64,000 nucleotides of DNA, taken from contig BCGN01000007.1 of assembly GCA_001599295.1 (NCBI GenBank), forward strand, positions 74,433 to 138,432, given 5' to 3'. The stretch comes from Sporopachydermia quercuum (Eukaryota). Positions 11,121-23,246 of the stretch are shown in pieces; the stretch's first letter is position 1; every line of letters begins with the position of its first letter. The position numbers and the translations under genes were made by a program. The notes under the pieces are model-generated. The model had not been told where the DNA came from. It was given only the letters and a program-made list of their open reading frames with translations, and did no database searches.

Positions 11121-12824
11121 CTAATCCCTATCNATATCTACAGCATCCTCCTCCTTCCCATCAGTAATAATTGCAGAGCTTTGCCAGCCTGCTGCTGCTA
11201 TTGCCAATACCTTTTTATCACCTAAATTCACTCTTGTAGGTTCAAGAACAGTTTCTTGTCCCACTGACCTTCCCAAGCCTAAACATCCACAGTTTCTACT
11301 TTCAGTTCCCCAACTATAAAGCAAGCCGCCTTTNATTAAAGCCAGAAAATGCCAGTCACCAACAGCAACAGAAATACATCCTGCTTGCTGAAGAAATGGT
11401 ATAACCTTAACACTTGCAGTATTCTTTTCTATTGCTTCTCTACTAGTTGGCTCAAGGTAACCTATCAAAACATCATCTTTTGAAGAAAAGGCAACAAATT
11501 TGTTGAAAGAACCAGAAACCTTAACAAATCTCAAATTGGGATCACCACCATACTTGTTGGAAATATAGTCATGGAAACAACTTAGCTCATAAGGCTCTGC
11601 TAGTACTGCTTGCTCATGATTATCAACATCTACTCTATATAGCTTTCCATTGCCTTTAATAAACACAATCACTCTATTCAAAGCAACAAAATCTATGATA
11701 GTATCATCATCATAGCTATTGATATTAAAATTAGGATTAGTATAATTATCATTATCAACATCATCACTATCACTTTCACTATTTTGTTTGAATCCTAGAC
11801 CTGTGTTCTTTATTACAGCACAATCAGCAATAGCTCTATCATTAGAATCTTCACGCGTTCTCGAATGCCAAACAATTAGTCCAATATTAGGAATATATGC
11901 AACACTGATACCCCAGCCAGCACCGATCCTAGTAATGGGATTATTTGATAGGTTCAAGTCTCCCAGTATTATTTCCACTCCTCTACCTAGCATTTGTTGA
12001 GGAGTGTCCCAAGTCCACAATCGGTTCTGCTGGTCAAGAGCTAGTAAATGTGACCTACCAGCTGCAATGCTGATCAGTTTGCAATTAGGATCAGCAGTGA
12101 GAAGTTCTTTTGGTGCGTACGGACTACTCGTAGAAGAGATAGTACTAGTAGTGAAAGATGTGCCTGTGGTAACAGCAGGACCAGCTGGAGTCTCAGGACC
12201 AGGGGCTGTAGTAGTAGAAAAATGACCTGTCTCTGGCATTTCACCATTAAGAGGCCGCGCACGTCTGACGCTTGCCGCTCGACGGACAGCTCGAAACCTA
12301 CCGTCACGGGTTATTCCTACAGGTCCCGGGCTATCAACATGCAAATGAGATGCCATCATACCCCCGCCGATCATATAACCTTTCCCAGATTCAGCAGAAA
12401 GAATCCAAGTAGAAAATCCACCCATGACAATATCAGAGATCATTTTTCCTGATAAATAAGGAATTCTATAAGGAACAGATATACCAGTTGAGATTTGATG
12501 CATTCGGCCTGTTCTAACCGGTGCAGAGTATATTTCTCTGGGATCAACACCTAANCTACCACCTTGAGTTTCTCCCCATACATAAACACTAGCTTTAGCT
12601 CTCCAACGATACATTTCAGGCCATTTCAACACAGTAAAAGGATTCGGTTGTAAGCCAAAACTTCGTTGGTATAAATTGTGCCAAATAGTGGGATCTTGAC
12701 ATAATCGGTGAAAGTATTTGCTTGTCATGGATAAATTTTGGATATCTTTGATATCAAGATAAAAGAGGATATCGACTAGCACATCTTCACTTAGGTCTTC
12801 GAAAGAGAGTGATGAATCAGCCAT
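11121..12824 (-). CDS. SAF1: F-box plus RCC1-repeat protein (SCF-associated factor)
   Basis: N-terminal F-box (LSEDVLVDILFYLDIKDIQNLSMTSKYF...DPTIW) and RCC1 repeats (IAAGRSHLLAL, VAVGDWHFLAL, YSWGTESRNCGCLGLG, IAAAGWQS). First ATG is at 12824. Confidence 0.85.
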   Translation of the reverse strand: MADSSLSFEDLSEDVLVDILFYLDIKDIQNLSMTSKYFHRLCQDPTIWHNLYQRSFGLQPNPFTVLKWPEMYRWRAKASVYVWGETQGGXLGVDPREIYSAPVRTGRMHQISTGISVPYRIPYLSGKMISDIVMGGFSTWILSAESGKGYMIGGGMMASHLHVDSPGPVGITRDGRFRAVRRAASVRRARPLNGEMPETGHFSTTTAPGPETPAGPAVTTGTSFTTSTISSTSSPYAPKELLTADPNCKLISIAAGRSHLLALDQQNRLWTWDTPQQMLGRGVEIILGDLNLSNNPITRIGAGWGISVAYIPNIGLIVWHSRTREDSNDRAIADCAVIKNTGLGFKQNSESDSDDVDNDNYTNPNFNINSYDDDTIIDFVALNRVIVFIKGNGKLYRVDVDNHEQAVLAEPYELSCFHDYISNKYGGDPNLRFVKVSGSFNKFVAFSSKDDVLIGYLEPTSREAIEKNTASVKVIPFLQQAGCISVAVGDWHFLALXKGGLLYSWGTESRNCGCLGLGRSVGQETVLEPTRVNLGDKKVLAIAAAGWQSSAIITDGKEEDAVDXDRD

Positions 12825-14747
12825 GATTGAATAGAAAAGGTTCTGATAGTATGGAGAATTCAAAATCTGTTGTTCCTTGAATGAGTTGCTTCTTATTGCT
12901 ACTAGTCTGTTTAGTTGAATACAAATAGTAATGATATTCTCTTAACCAGTTGACGATATAGCAATACAACAATCGTATTCTTAGTATAGCTAAAAAGGTG
13001 GTAAGATATATTGAGCTATGGTAACTTAGTGTCTGGAAGTTTGATTACTGAGTTATAAGTCACAGTAAACAAGCCACGCCTAGAATATATATTGTTATCG
13101 CTGTAACGATTTTTAAGTAATATTAACCGTGCAGATCAGTAAAGAAATATAGGAAAAGGATTATCGCTTTTTCAGGGCACCTTAGTAATTTGCCAACTAA
13201 TCCACGAAGTAACTCCAATCAAACAGCTAAATTGCAATTCCTACTAATAAAAACTGTTCTGATATTCCAATGACACAAAATTTTATCAGAAAACCAATAA
13301 AAAACAAATGCTAACATCATCGTTTAGAAATAATGATCTGCTTCTATCGCATCAACGATGGCGTAGAAGGAGATGAGCCGATAAGGCGATCGAGGGGAGA
13401 TAATTTACATGTAAATGAGAAGTGGATTGATGAGCAGAGAATATAAGGTTTAAAGTTTGATTGGAGAAAGACGAAAAACTTTATCTAAGGAATTAATTGA
13501 GTTCTCTGGAGATGATTTGGAAAGATAGATATTGTAGGAAATAGAATAGAACACAGTACTTGTATTGGTTGATAAAGCTGATTTTTTGTATTGGGATGCA
13601 TCAGATGTTCGACAAGAAGGAAAAGCAAAACTAAAGAAGAAGTGCATCTGAGTAAAGCAAGGTGTTTCGGTGATTGTCCCGAGAATAATAGACACAATCA
13701 AACCTTATTTCGTTAGATCTTTTTTACCAAGGGAGAGTTTGCTTGGTACTCGAGATTTACTCGAGATTTTCATGATTATTTACTATTCAATGACTAGGAA
13801 AATACAATCAAATTTTTTGGTTGACTAAAAAAGTCTATTAATTCTGTTTTTGTCGGTTAGTGTTTGTTTCGTTTGTAGCTCAACACTAATGCAGCACTTG
13901 TTAGGTCAGTGATCCACCTTCACTCCATTAAGATGGCGGAGAAAAAGATTGATCGACCGACCAATAAAGTAGATCTTCTCGATTGAGCCTTTTGAAGCAG
14001 AGGAAGATTTGTTATTATGCCTTACTTGATAAAACACCATACGAAGTTAGTTGCCAAAAAGATTTTTAATACTAAAAAGATGGGAAATATAACCTCGTTG
14101 TAACCTCACCGTTATAGTAATTGATGAACTAGTTAATCCTTCTGCTTGCCTTAGCTTGAGAAGAGAAACTTTAAATCGTGATTTTTTAAATAGTAACTCA
14201 ATTTAGAGTTGCTCTAAGTAAGCATGAACAGAATGGAACAAAAAATGAAGTATTGTTACAACTGTCATTTCTTCAACTGGATCATGGTAAACACAAGATA
14301 ATGTCAAATGGTTCTTATATTAGAAGATTTCTACATTGCAACGTCGCTAAAGGAATAAATCTTGGCTACTGCGAGCAAACAAATTTTCATCAATGGATAA
14401 CAAATACAACACTTCAACGATCAACCTTTCAGCTATATCTGCACATGCCATTCAGAACAATTCACAATTTTCACAATTATGTTTTAGAAAAGAGTATGGC
14501 AATTGATCTAAGTGCCATACTCTTTTCTAAAACATAACTCATCTACGTAATATCTTATTTAATATATTCCCTAATATTATAATTCATTCGAGTTCATTGT
14601 TCGAACATTTGAATGAATATGCAATAACCTTGCATGCACGGTATAATGTTCACATGTAAGTAAACATTATTGTTTCTCCCCTTTTCTTTTCAATATCACA
14701 ATGCACATTCTCCTATTTCTTTTCTTCCAACTTGTTATACTTGGTTC

Positions 14748-15473
14748 TCATTCTTCCAGCTTCTTTATTACTTTGGCAGGAACACCAACAGCAACACTAA
14801 AATCTGGTATATCTTTATTCACAACTGAGCCAGCTCCAATCACACATCCTCGACCTATCTTCACCCCTGGTAATATCTGAACATTAGCTCCAATCCAACA
14901 GTCCTCACCAATTTCAACAGGTAATCCAAATTCAAGAGCTTGAGCTCGAAGTTTGTAGTCAATTGGATGACTAGCAGTTATGACATTTATCGATGGACCT
15001 AACAGGGTTCTACTTCCGACAGAAATCGTAGCGACATCAATGAATTTAACACTGCAATCAAATCTATGTTAGTACTGAGATAACAAAATAACTAATACAT
15101 CGAGAGAACCAATTTTAATAACATACCCAGAATTACAATAAACATCATCACCAAAAATGGTATTACAGCCATATGTGAAAAAGATTGATGGTTCCATCAC
15201 TACTCCTGATCCACATTTACCTAATACTTGTTGTAGTATTTCAGTTCGAGCTTTATAAAATTCAGTAGTGGTGGTTTCATCACCTGGTGCTAAATTATTA
15301 TATTGAGTAGTCAATTTCAAGGTTCTCATTCTCTTCTCGCGTAAAACTGGTATTGTTTCATTATAAAGACATCCTGATACCATTCGGCGATACTCCTCGC
15401 AATCAGGAACATTTTTCAAGGATAGTGCTTTCGCTATCCATTCGGAATTTAGTTCTTCATTTGCTTCTGGCAT
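14748..15473 (-). CDS. Maltose/galactoside O-acetyltransferase (hexapeptide repeat; YJL218W-like); exons 15473-15127 and 15051-14748
   Basis: EEYRRMVSGCLY and MEPSIFFTYGCN in exon 1. After a GTATGT..TACTAAC..CAG intron the frame continues NSGVKFID...LLGP...TASHP...PVEIGEDCWIGANVQILPGVKIGRGCVIGAGSVVNKDIPDFSVAVGVPAKVIK. Confidence 0.9.
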
Positions 15474-16457
15474 TCTTGGTGTATCTATTTCTGAGAAATT
15501 CACTGTCACTATTACTCCGAATTCGTATTGAATTGATGGTATTAAATCTCAGCTCTTTGCTTTATTATTTTTTGCAATCATATAAATATTGTTGTTTGAA
15601 GCAATAAAATGAAAGAAAAGAGAAGCGTTGAGAATTGAATGAAATTAAATGACATTTAGATGAAGTTGAAAGTAAAGTTTACTTTAGATAACCGCAGAGT
15701 TAACGCTCAACTTTAAATTTAAAACGCATTAGTGAAAAAGAAATAAGATTCATAGAACGAGCCAGCAGAAAGATATTATAAGGCATGACAGTTTCTATTG
15801 GATTTGTTATTATGAGTAATAACCCTGCTAGGAGAGAAGAAAAAACACAATTAGCAAAATAAGAAAGGTACAACTGCTTAGTTTGGTACCACTATTCCAC
15901 CTCTTTTTGAGAATAATTCATCAGCCCCAACCCAACAAACTTCGTTCCTCAACTAAACAAATCACGAAAAAAAAGAAGTCTTGCTCGAAACCTAAATTCC
16001 GAATATGGAGACCTAATAAGGTTAATATTTAAGATCATTGTTCCACTGTTATCATCACGTGATATTTCACATGACATTTGTCTGAAAGCCTCATCAATTC
16101 AGCTATAAGTTACTTGCTTCAATCATTACCATTTGATTTTCAATACAATTGAGGATCAAATGCTATATGACTGGTTATAATTAGACATGACGACGGCTTC
16201 TAGAATATCTCACAGTTCGTTTTCATTCCAGGTTGCTAGCTAATTTACTTCTTTCTACATCTTACAGATATTTCTGTATTCATCCTCTCTTTGATAAGTA
16301 ATGAAAGGTTTTAAATCACAACCAAAATTCAAATAAATGTTCCCAAAAATAAATGCTTAAATATTAAATGCTATAACCATCAAAAAACACCCGAGCAATC
16401 AACACCCCCTCTTCACACTCTCCCGCAGGTCACAGCTTATCATTCTCATATTGCACA

Positions 16458-19400
16458 TCACGGAACTCGTTTCGTACAGAATCTATTGAACGTCTCACGC
16501 ATGATTTTTCGAGTTTTGAACAAATTTAATATCCTGAGCCTTTCATTATCTAGATGGGCATTATCACTTGCTTGACCACTAGGCAATTGAGCTGCTGGAG
16601 CATCAAATATCTTTTCTAGGAATCTAACAGAGGGAATAGATCCACCTTCTCTTATATATAAAGGATCCATACCCCATTCTTTCTTCACAGCAGCTTGTAA
16701 AATACGGAATGCTTCATTACCAGGAGCTCCTAACCATGGTTCGGCCTCATGAAATATATTGACAGTCAAATGATTGTCTGAGCCCAATTTGTGAAAGCAA
16801 TTATTGATATAGCTTACTAAAGATTGTTTTATATCATCCAGTTCTTGATCAGGAACAATTCTTATTGATAGTGAAGCACTGGCCATCTTAGGAATAACAG
16901 TTGAATTATTAGGCCCACTTACGTCTACTTTATGAATAGTCAACGATGGGAATCTCCATTTACCCATCAATGTTTCAACAGTTGTAGCATTATCAGGATC
17001 TGAATTGATACTTGATTGTTGAATAATGTCATCATATAACTTCCTTTCATACTCTGAAACAGGACTAACAGAGTCATAGAATTTGGGTAAAAGCACTTTG
17101 CCATCTGCTGAGGTCAACTGTGATAATATTTTAACTAAATCAATAGTAGGCTCTCTAGCAACTCCTCCATGAACACCGGAGTGTCTATCTGGTCTATCAC
17201 TGGAGATTTCAACTGTAGCACTGATGACTCCTCTAAGACCGTAATTCAAACAAGGAACATCATCATCTAACCAGTAAGAGTTACTAAGCAAAATCCAATC
17301 AATAGATCCTATTAAATCTTTATATGTTTGAACTGTTTCTTGGAAGCCAAAACTGCCACATTCTTCTTCACCTTCAATTAAAAATACAACGTCATTTTCA
17401 AGCTCTCCTGCTTGTAGTAAATCGGCAACTGCATATATTGCTGCTAGTACTGGGCCCTTATTATCACTGACACCTCTACCATATAATCTCCCGTCGAGAG
17501 ACGTCAACTTGAAAGGATCTGTTTCCCAACCTCCTGTTTCGCTAGCACTGATCACATCATAATGTCCATAAAATAGTATTCTACATTTGTTATTTCTACT
17601 GGTCAAAATCTGCCTCGAGGTATCGGCTTCGTTGAATATCTTTGATGATGACGCAGATGAGGATGATGAAGATAATGAAGGTTTACCTTTGCCTGGAAAA
17701 GAAGCAAAAACAATAGGATTGCCGTTATCTGTAGGAATTAATCTAGCCGATGCTCCGAATCTCCTAAATAGATTTTGCAGAAACGTAGCACATTTCCTGC
17801 AATCATCTATGTAAAGATCAGGCCTAGAGGACACAGTCTTGTAGGAAACAAAGCTCGCAAGGTCTTGTATCAACTGGTCGTTCTCAAGACCAATATTAAC
17901 TATGCTTTTCCTTTTATCGGAAGTCTCGCTGTTGATGCTTTCATTCGTAACATTCACGTGACCGGAGAAAACACTATCAGAACCAGCACTAGATTGAGGC
18001 TTATTTTCAATTAAACGGTCAACAGAAGAATCTATTTTATTCAACCAGGTGACATCGTATAAAGCAATAGAAGGTTCGCTACCAGCTACTGCTAGATACA
18101 CTTTATTGCCCTTATGGAAAATCTTCAGTGATAATACAGTACCATCATAATTGACCCATTCATACAATTGCTCATTCTGTAATTCCCATTTCTGCACACC
18201 GGTTGTCGATCCTTTAAACACACAGTTTGAATAAGCTTGTAGTGCTAGAATATCACCTTCTGTCCCCTGAGTCCATCTAATTGGCTGACAAGTATCCAAA
18301 TCCCATATTTTCACTTCACCACCAGTTAATCCGCAGTAGAGAAAAGAATCCTGTAACGCTAATGATAAAACACTCAATTCATTCTTCAAATCGTATAAAA
18401 CTGTTAGCTTATTATTCTGCAAAGACCATATTTTTACAGAACCATCACCACCCCCAGACACTAACACATCCCGTTGTTCTTCTCCATGTTTCTGCTTAAC
18501 TAACATGGCGTATACATAGCCATAATGAGCATATGTCTGAATATTTGACTCAGGAACTTGAACTAATGTTTCAAAAGGATGAGGTATTGACGTTTCTTTG
18601 TTACCTGGTTTAGAATTCAATAATTCTGCCTGGCTGGCTTTGATTGCTGTTTGCTGTGGTGACATTTTCCCTCCCGGACCTCTAGAGTCAAAGAACCTAT
18701 CATATCTATATGAAGGTAAAGCTATATATGAATTATCTCGCGATCTATCAACGCTTTTCTTTCTACAGTCATCCTCTAAATGTACCCAAGAAATACTTGT
18801 ATTCTGGGCTCCAAAGTATAGTGTTCTAAACTCAGGTGACCATGCTAATGAGAAAATATCACCAATATCCACCAGAGAGTAAATAGTATTTGCTAGTAAA
18901 ACACCTTCACTAGTAATTGACCATATTTTAAGTAACGAATCAGAACCTCCAGATACTAATGTTGACTCATCTACTAGCAAAAGAGACAACACAGAGCCAT
19001 CATGAGCTGGAATAACAGATTCTTGTTGATAAGACGCCAATTCGTAAGAAATGATCTTTCCATCTTGAGTACCAGCGAAAAGTCTCCCTAGAGACTCATG
19101 GATAACCAAAGATAGAATTGAGGTACTGTAAGTCCATTTATGCAATAAATGAGGATTTCCTGAATCACTTTTCACACTTGAAGGTTTAGTATAACCGGAA
19201 TTGGCATTACTAGTGATCTGAGGGTACTCTTGTTGATAGGATGTATCATCATCTGATGCATAGGCTGCTGGACTTATACTGGACTTAGGGTATTTCTGGT
19301 CGGCAACAGCTTGGGCAGCTGTCTTTTCAAGATCTGCTGATGAATATGTGGGCTTTAAATTGTGAAATATAGGTGTTGATGACCTTGGAATAACTCCTCG

Positions 19401-19487
19401 ACTTCTATAGAATGGTATCTCTTGTCCATGAAGGGGGTCCGCTGAAGACAGAGATCGGGATGATTGGAATCGTTGCTCGTCATCCAT
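16458..19487 (-). CDS. DUG2: Dug2: WD40 repeats plus M20 peptidase-like domain (glutathione degradation complex)
   Basis: N-terminal WD40 repeats (LVSGGSDSLLKIW, DIGDIFSLAWS, RYDRFFDSRGPGG) and C-terminal M20 motifs (FYGHYDVI, GRGVSDNKGP, EGEEECGS, REGGSIP, NAHLDNE). Confidence 0.95.
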   Translation of the reverse strand: MDDEQRFQSSRSLSSADPLHGQEIPFYRSRGVIPRSSTPIFHNLKPTYSSADLEKTAAQAVADQKYPKSSISPAAYASDDDTSYQQEYPQITSNANSGYTKPSSVKSDSGNPHLLHKWTYSTSILSLVIHESLGRLFAGTQDGKIISYELASYQQESVIPAHDGSVLSLLLVDESTLVSGGSDSLLKIWSITSEGVLLANTIYSLVDIGDIFSLAWSPEFRTLYFGAQNTSISWVHLEDDCRKKSVDRSRDNSYIALPSYRYDRFFDSRGPGGKMSPQQTAIKASQAELLNSKPGNKETSIPHPFETLVQVPESNIQTYAHYGYVYAMLVKQKHGEEQRDVLVSGGGDGSVKIWSLQNNKLTVLYDLKNELSVLSLALQDSFLYCGLTGGEVKIWDLDTCQPIRWTQGTEGDILALQAYSNCVFKGSTTGVQKWELQNEQLYEWVNYDGTVLSLKIFHKGNKVYLAVAGSEPSIALYDVTWLNKIDSSVDRLIENKPQSSAGSDSVFSGHVNVTNESINSETSDKRKSIVNIGLENDQLIQDLASFVSYKTVSSRPDLYIDDCRKCATFLQNLFRRFGASARLIPTDNGNPIVFASFPGKGKPSLSSSSSSASSSKIFNEADTSRQILTSRNNKCRILFYGHYDVISASETGGWETDPFKLTSLDGRLYGRGVSDNKGPVLAAIYAVADLLQAGELENDVVFLIEGEEECGSFGFQETVQTYKDLIGSIDWILLSNSYWLDDDVPCLNYGLRGVISATVEISSDRPDRHSGVHGGVAREPTIDLVKILSQLTSADGKVLLPKFYDSVSPVSEYERKLYDDIIQQSSINSDPDNATTVETLMGKWRFPSLTIHKVDVSGPNNSTVIPKMASASLSIRIVPDQELDDIKQSLVSYINNCFHKLGSDNHLTVNIFHEAEPWLGAPGNEAFRILQAAVKKEWGMDPLYIREGGSIPSVRFLEKIFDAPAAQLPSGQASDNAHLDNERLRILNLFKTRKIMRETFNRFCTKRVP

Positions 19488-22400
19488 AATGCAAATAATA
19501 TAGAATCAAATCAACAAGTGTATTATAACAGCTACCAACATCTTCATGCATGCTAATGCGATTGCGTATGAATGTTGTGTCGTATTGCTTTGAACATGTT
19601 GGAAGAAGAACAGCAATAGTCTTCTAAATGCGCATCGGAAAATGTTGTGTAACATGTGAGTAAATCACCTCAGGTCTCATTGTGGGATAAAAGTGATGAG
19701 ATGTCACATGATAAAGAAGAAACCTTAATGGGAGAATGAAGGTTGATTTGGGTGGTTCGATGGATATAATATAATAGGTTAATGTGAAGAAAGCATGATG
19801 GGAATGATAATGAAATTTTGAACGCAGCAAAACAGCTAGAGGCAGTTATTTTCAAGAGAATGAAGAATTCAGATGTATGGGATTTTTTTAGTAGTTAATT
19901 GAGGTGAATGTGGCCTATAAATAGTAAGAGGTTTATTTGTATGAATTGAGGAGAAATGGAGAATGAGTCTAAGCTGAGTATTTATTTATAAGCATGAATA
20001 TCATGACTACAGTATCATAAGTTAAGAAAGGCAGTGATTACCTAAATATATCTAATGAACTTAACTAAAATTCTTCTGGTTCACTGAAATGATTGATCTG
20101 TGAGTTCTTTTAAGAACAATGAAGTTGTAGATGGTGGAAAGTGTGTTAGTCACATGATCAGATCAAATCATTCAACTGGGAAACTCCCTGAAAACGGAAT
20201 GGAAAAAAGGACTATCTCAGAGCTAGTAGCAAGAAAAGCTAAATTNATTTTGAAGAAGTGTGTATCAAGTCAATAAGCTTTTAACTGTTTCTATTTGAAT
20301 ATAAGTGAAGCTCTTTTCTCAAATTGAAAGCCGTTACAACTCTTTTGAAAGAGATACTTAGCAGGTTCGAATCAGAGATTGTCTCACACTTCCTGTAGAT
20401 TATCAGAAGGGAGAAAAAGATATTCGATCTTTGAAACATTCAAATACTATTAGATAATTGTTGTATCTGGAAATATAAATTCATCATCAGATTTTGCTCT
20501 CTTAACATTCGACGAATATCGTAATTCTTGTTTATTATTTCCTTCAGAGGCAATTTTGAATCATCCATCTTTTATAATCCATTCGATATTGTTCGAATGC
20601 AAGTAGTACATGAGTTTCTCCTAATCAATCTTATATATTCCTTCACTATCTTAAGTATCCTTACTTTTTAATATCCAAAACTATGTAATATTAAAAGTAT
20701 CCAAGGCAACAATGTCCAAGACTATTGATGATCATCTTTCTGACAAGCCTCCAAAATAAGTGAAATTATCAAATAAATACTCATTAGACTAGTAAACTAT
20801 TCTCTAAAAGTTTCTTTTAGCTACCTCCAACAGACATCTCAGCCTCGTATAATTGAAAGCTAAAATTTTTATCACTGTTAGCCATATCTGCAAGAATAAG
20901 GAATTAAAGGGTCTGTCAGTTGGTTTCCATACATTGATNCGAAGACAATTAGTTCATACTGCCAACAGACTAGTTGATTTCTATTTCAACAGCAATTAAA
21001 AGCTCATCACTCATTGAAACCCCGCATTATCTTCAAGATTTTCAATAGAGGACTCTAGAGCATAGCTAGATCAACATCGATGGCTATGCTTTCCTCATGT
21101 ACATCATCCAGAACTATGTATCCAATTGCAGAACTCGTTCTTTCGCATGTGCTAGGATCAATTCCTGAAGGCATTATTTACCATTTCTAGGCTGAACGCA
21201 TTGAAAAATGCAAATGGTANTATCTTTGCATTGGTTAACTTGTGATCTTCTCACATTCCAAGTCTACGGCTTATTGAACAAATGGATCTTGGGTCCATAA
21301 ATCAAGCTGCCTTCACTTGTGATAGAAAGGAACACTTTTGCATATCAATTATATAGCACTGGTTTATTTTTATATAATAAGGGTAGTTAGTTGAACAATC
21401 TATCAGGTTTCATTATTCCACAGGAATATTCAATGAGCAATCAAATGCAATAAAAAACAAAAAGAAAGGTGAGAAATTGAATTACAGCTCATCATTGACT
21501 ATCATATTACTTACTTCCTCTTATCAATCTTTTGTTACCTTGATTCCTTTATTGAAAGAATACAATTTGGATATATAATTATGACAGTTGCAAGTATTAT
21601 GCATCATTAAAGCTCCTTATTAGTTTATTAATACTTTAAGATCAAAGTTGTACATAAAATCGGAACAGAACGCATACCCTAGCAGATGCCAGTATCCAAA
21701 ATCAGTTAATCAGTTAATCCAACTGAAGAACAATGATACAAAAAGCAGCGATATAGATGTCTTTTCAAAACTTGCTTGTAAGAAAACGAATCAAAGTGTA
21801 AGAGTTGGAAACTTTGTTCGCAAAACATAAAAGCACTTCAATCAATTGTTTAAAGAAAGTTTCATGTGGTATCTAAGAGAGAAGACAGCATGGTTTTGTG
21901 CTAGTTCACTTACCTTAATAGGAAACTGCACTTTAGTTTTGCACCATACTTGAACTTTATGATCCTGTAATAGGAATGGAATTAAAAAGGAAGAAAGAAA
22001 GAAAAAAAAGCAGGTTTCTGTAAGTTTGAAAATTGGACAAAAACAAGTGGAGATCATATTAAAACAGAGAAGCTGTAATGAAACGGAATTTTAATAATGG
22101 AGAGTCAGGTTTGTATTAGAAATGGGTATCGCTTGTAAGAATTTATAAAATTTAAGTTTAAGTTCCCAACTACTTGATTTAAGTTGATTTAGAAAAACAA
22201 AAGTTTGAAACTGGTGTAGAGTTCAAGTTGATGGAGAGTGCTTCATATAATAAGCAAACTACATGAAAAGGGTCATTAAATTTAATTGAAAAGATTCTAA
22301 ATGTTTAGTTGTTCATTTCCAAAAATTTAGGAAACAATAGAGGGTAATTCAACTGTCCTACTTACTATCTCCCTTTAATACTAGTTCATTTTCGAAACTA

Positions 22401-23246
22401 AACGTTAATTAATGTTATGAACCTAAAAGAGCGATTGATGATATAAAATATTGAGCTATTAGAGTGTATGCTTTTCAGAACCACATCTTTCTCAAACAGA
22501 AAAGAGACAGTAGATGAAAGCACCTCAAATTAAGAAAATAACTAGAAATTATTTCTGAATTCTATTATAGATAGATGGATACTGATCCTAGAGATTAAAC
22601 CTTCGAGTCACAGTGCCTTCAGAGATGCGACAAATATTTCACACGATAAAAAATCCTAAACTGAAATCAGTAAACTAGCTTAGTTTCAAACGTTAATCTT
22701 ATTCACTATTACGAGTACAAACATATTAATTGGATTTGAACATCTCATCAAATATAAAATGTTTCCATCATATCAATTAATTTTTCTCTTTTTCTTTTTC
22801 GTCTACTTTTTTCTTGTCTATAAAAGTTATTATATTCAATAACAAGAGTGATTCTCTCAGGAAGTTCTTCCAAACATCAGGAACAAGGATCGAATTTATG
22901 ACTGTAAATAAGTTTTGTAAGCTATTGATTGCCTAGCTTGCCAGAAATAATTACCACGATTATGAATACACGATAGATAAGAAAATATTGGTGATTTTGA
23001 ATTTCTATTGGAGTATTTGATAGCAGCAAGATTTATTAAGCTAGATATAGTTTGTCAATTGATGTTTTATCTGTTGGAAGGAAAGTAAAGATTTCAGAGT
23101 GATAATTGGTCTTTGGAGTACAGGCGACATTAAGCCTTGAAGTTTGATACTATTATAGCGATAAGTTAAGGGGGCATTATCTTGAATACTAGACCAGAAA
23201 TATCTCAAGGTTGGTCAGTTAAGGTCAATTTAGCAACATAACAATA

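Noticed and set aside
13300..14540. Short ORFs and a splice-acceptor-like motif between SAF1 and the acetyltransferase gene
   Set aside because: No coherent spliced ORF or recognisable protein motif could be reconstructed.
20361..20377. GCAGGTTCGAATC, resembling a tRNA T-arm / B box
   Set aside because: The flanks do not pair to form a T-stem, and no acceptor, D or anticodon arms can be built.
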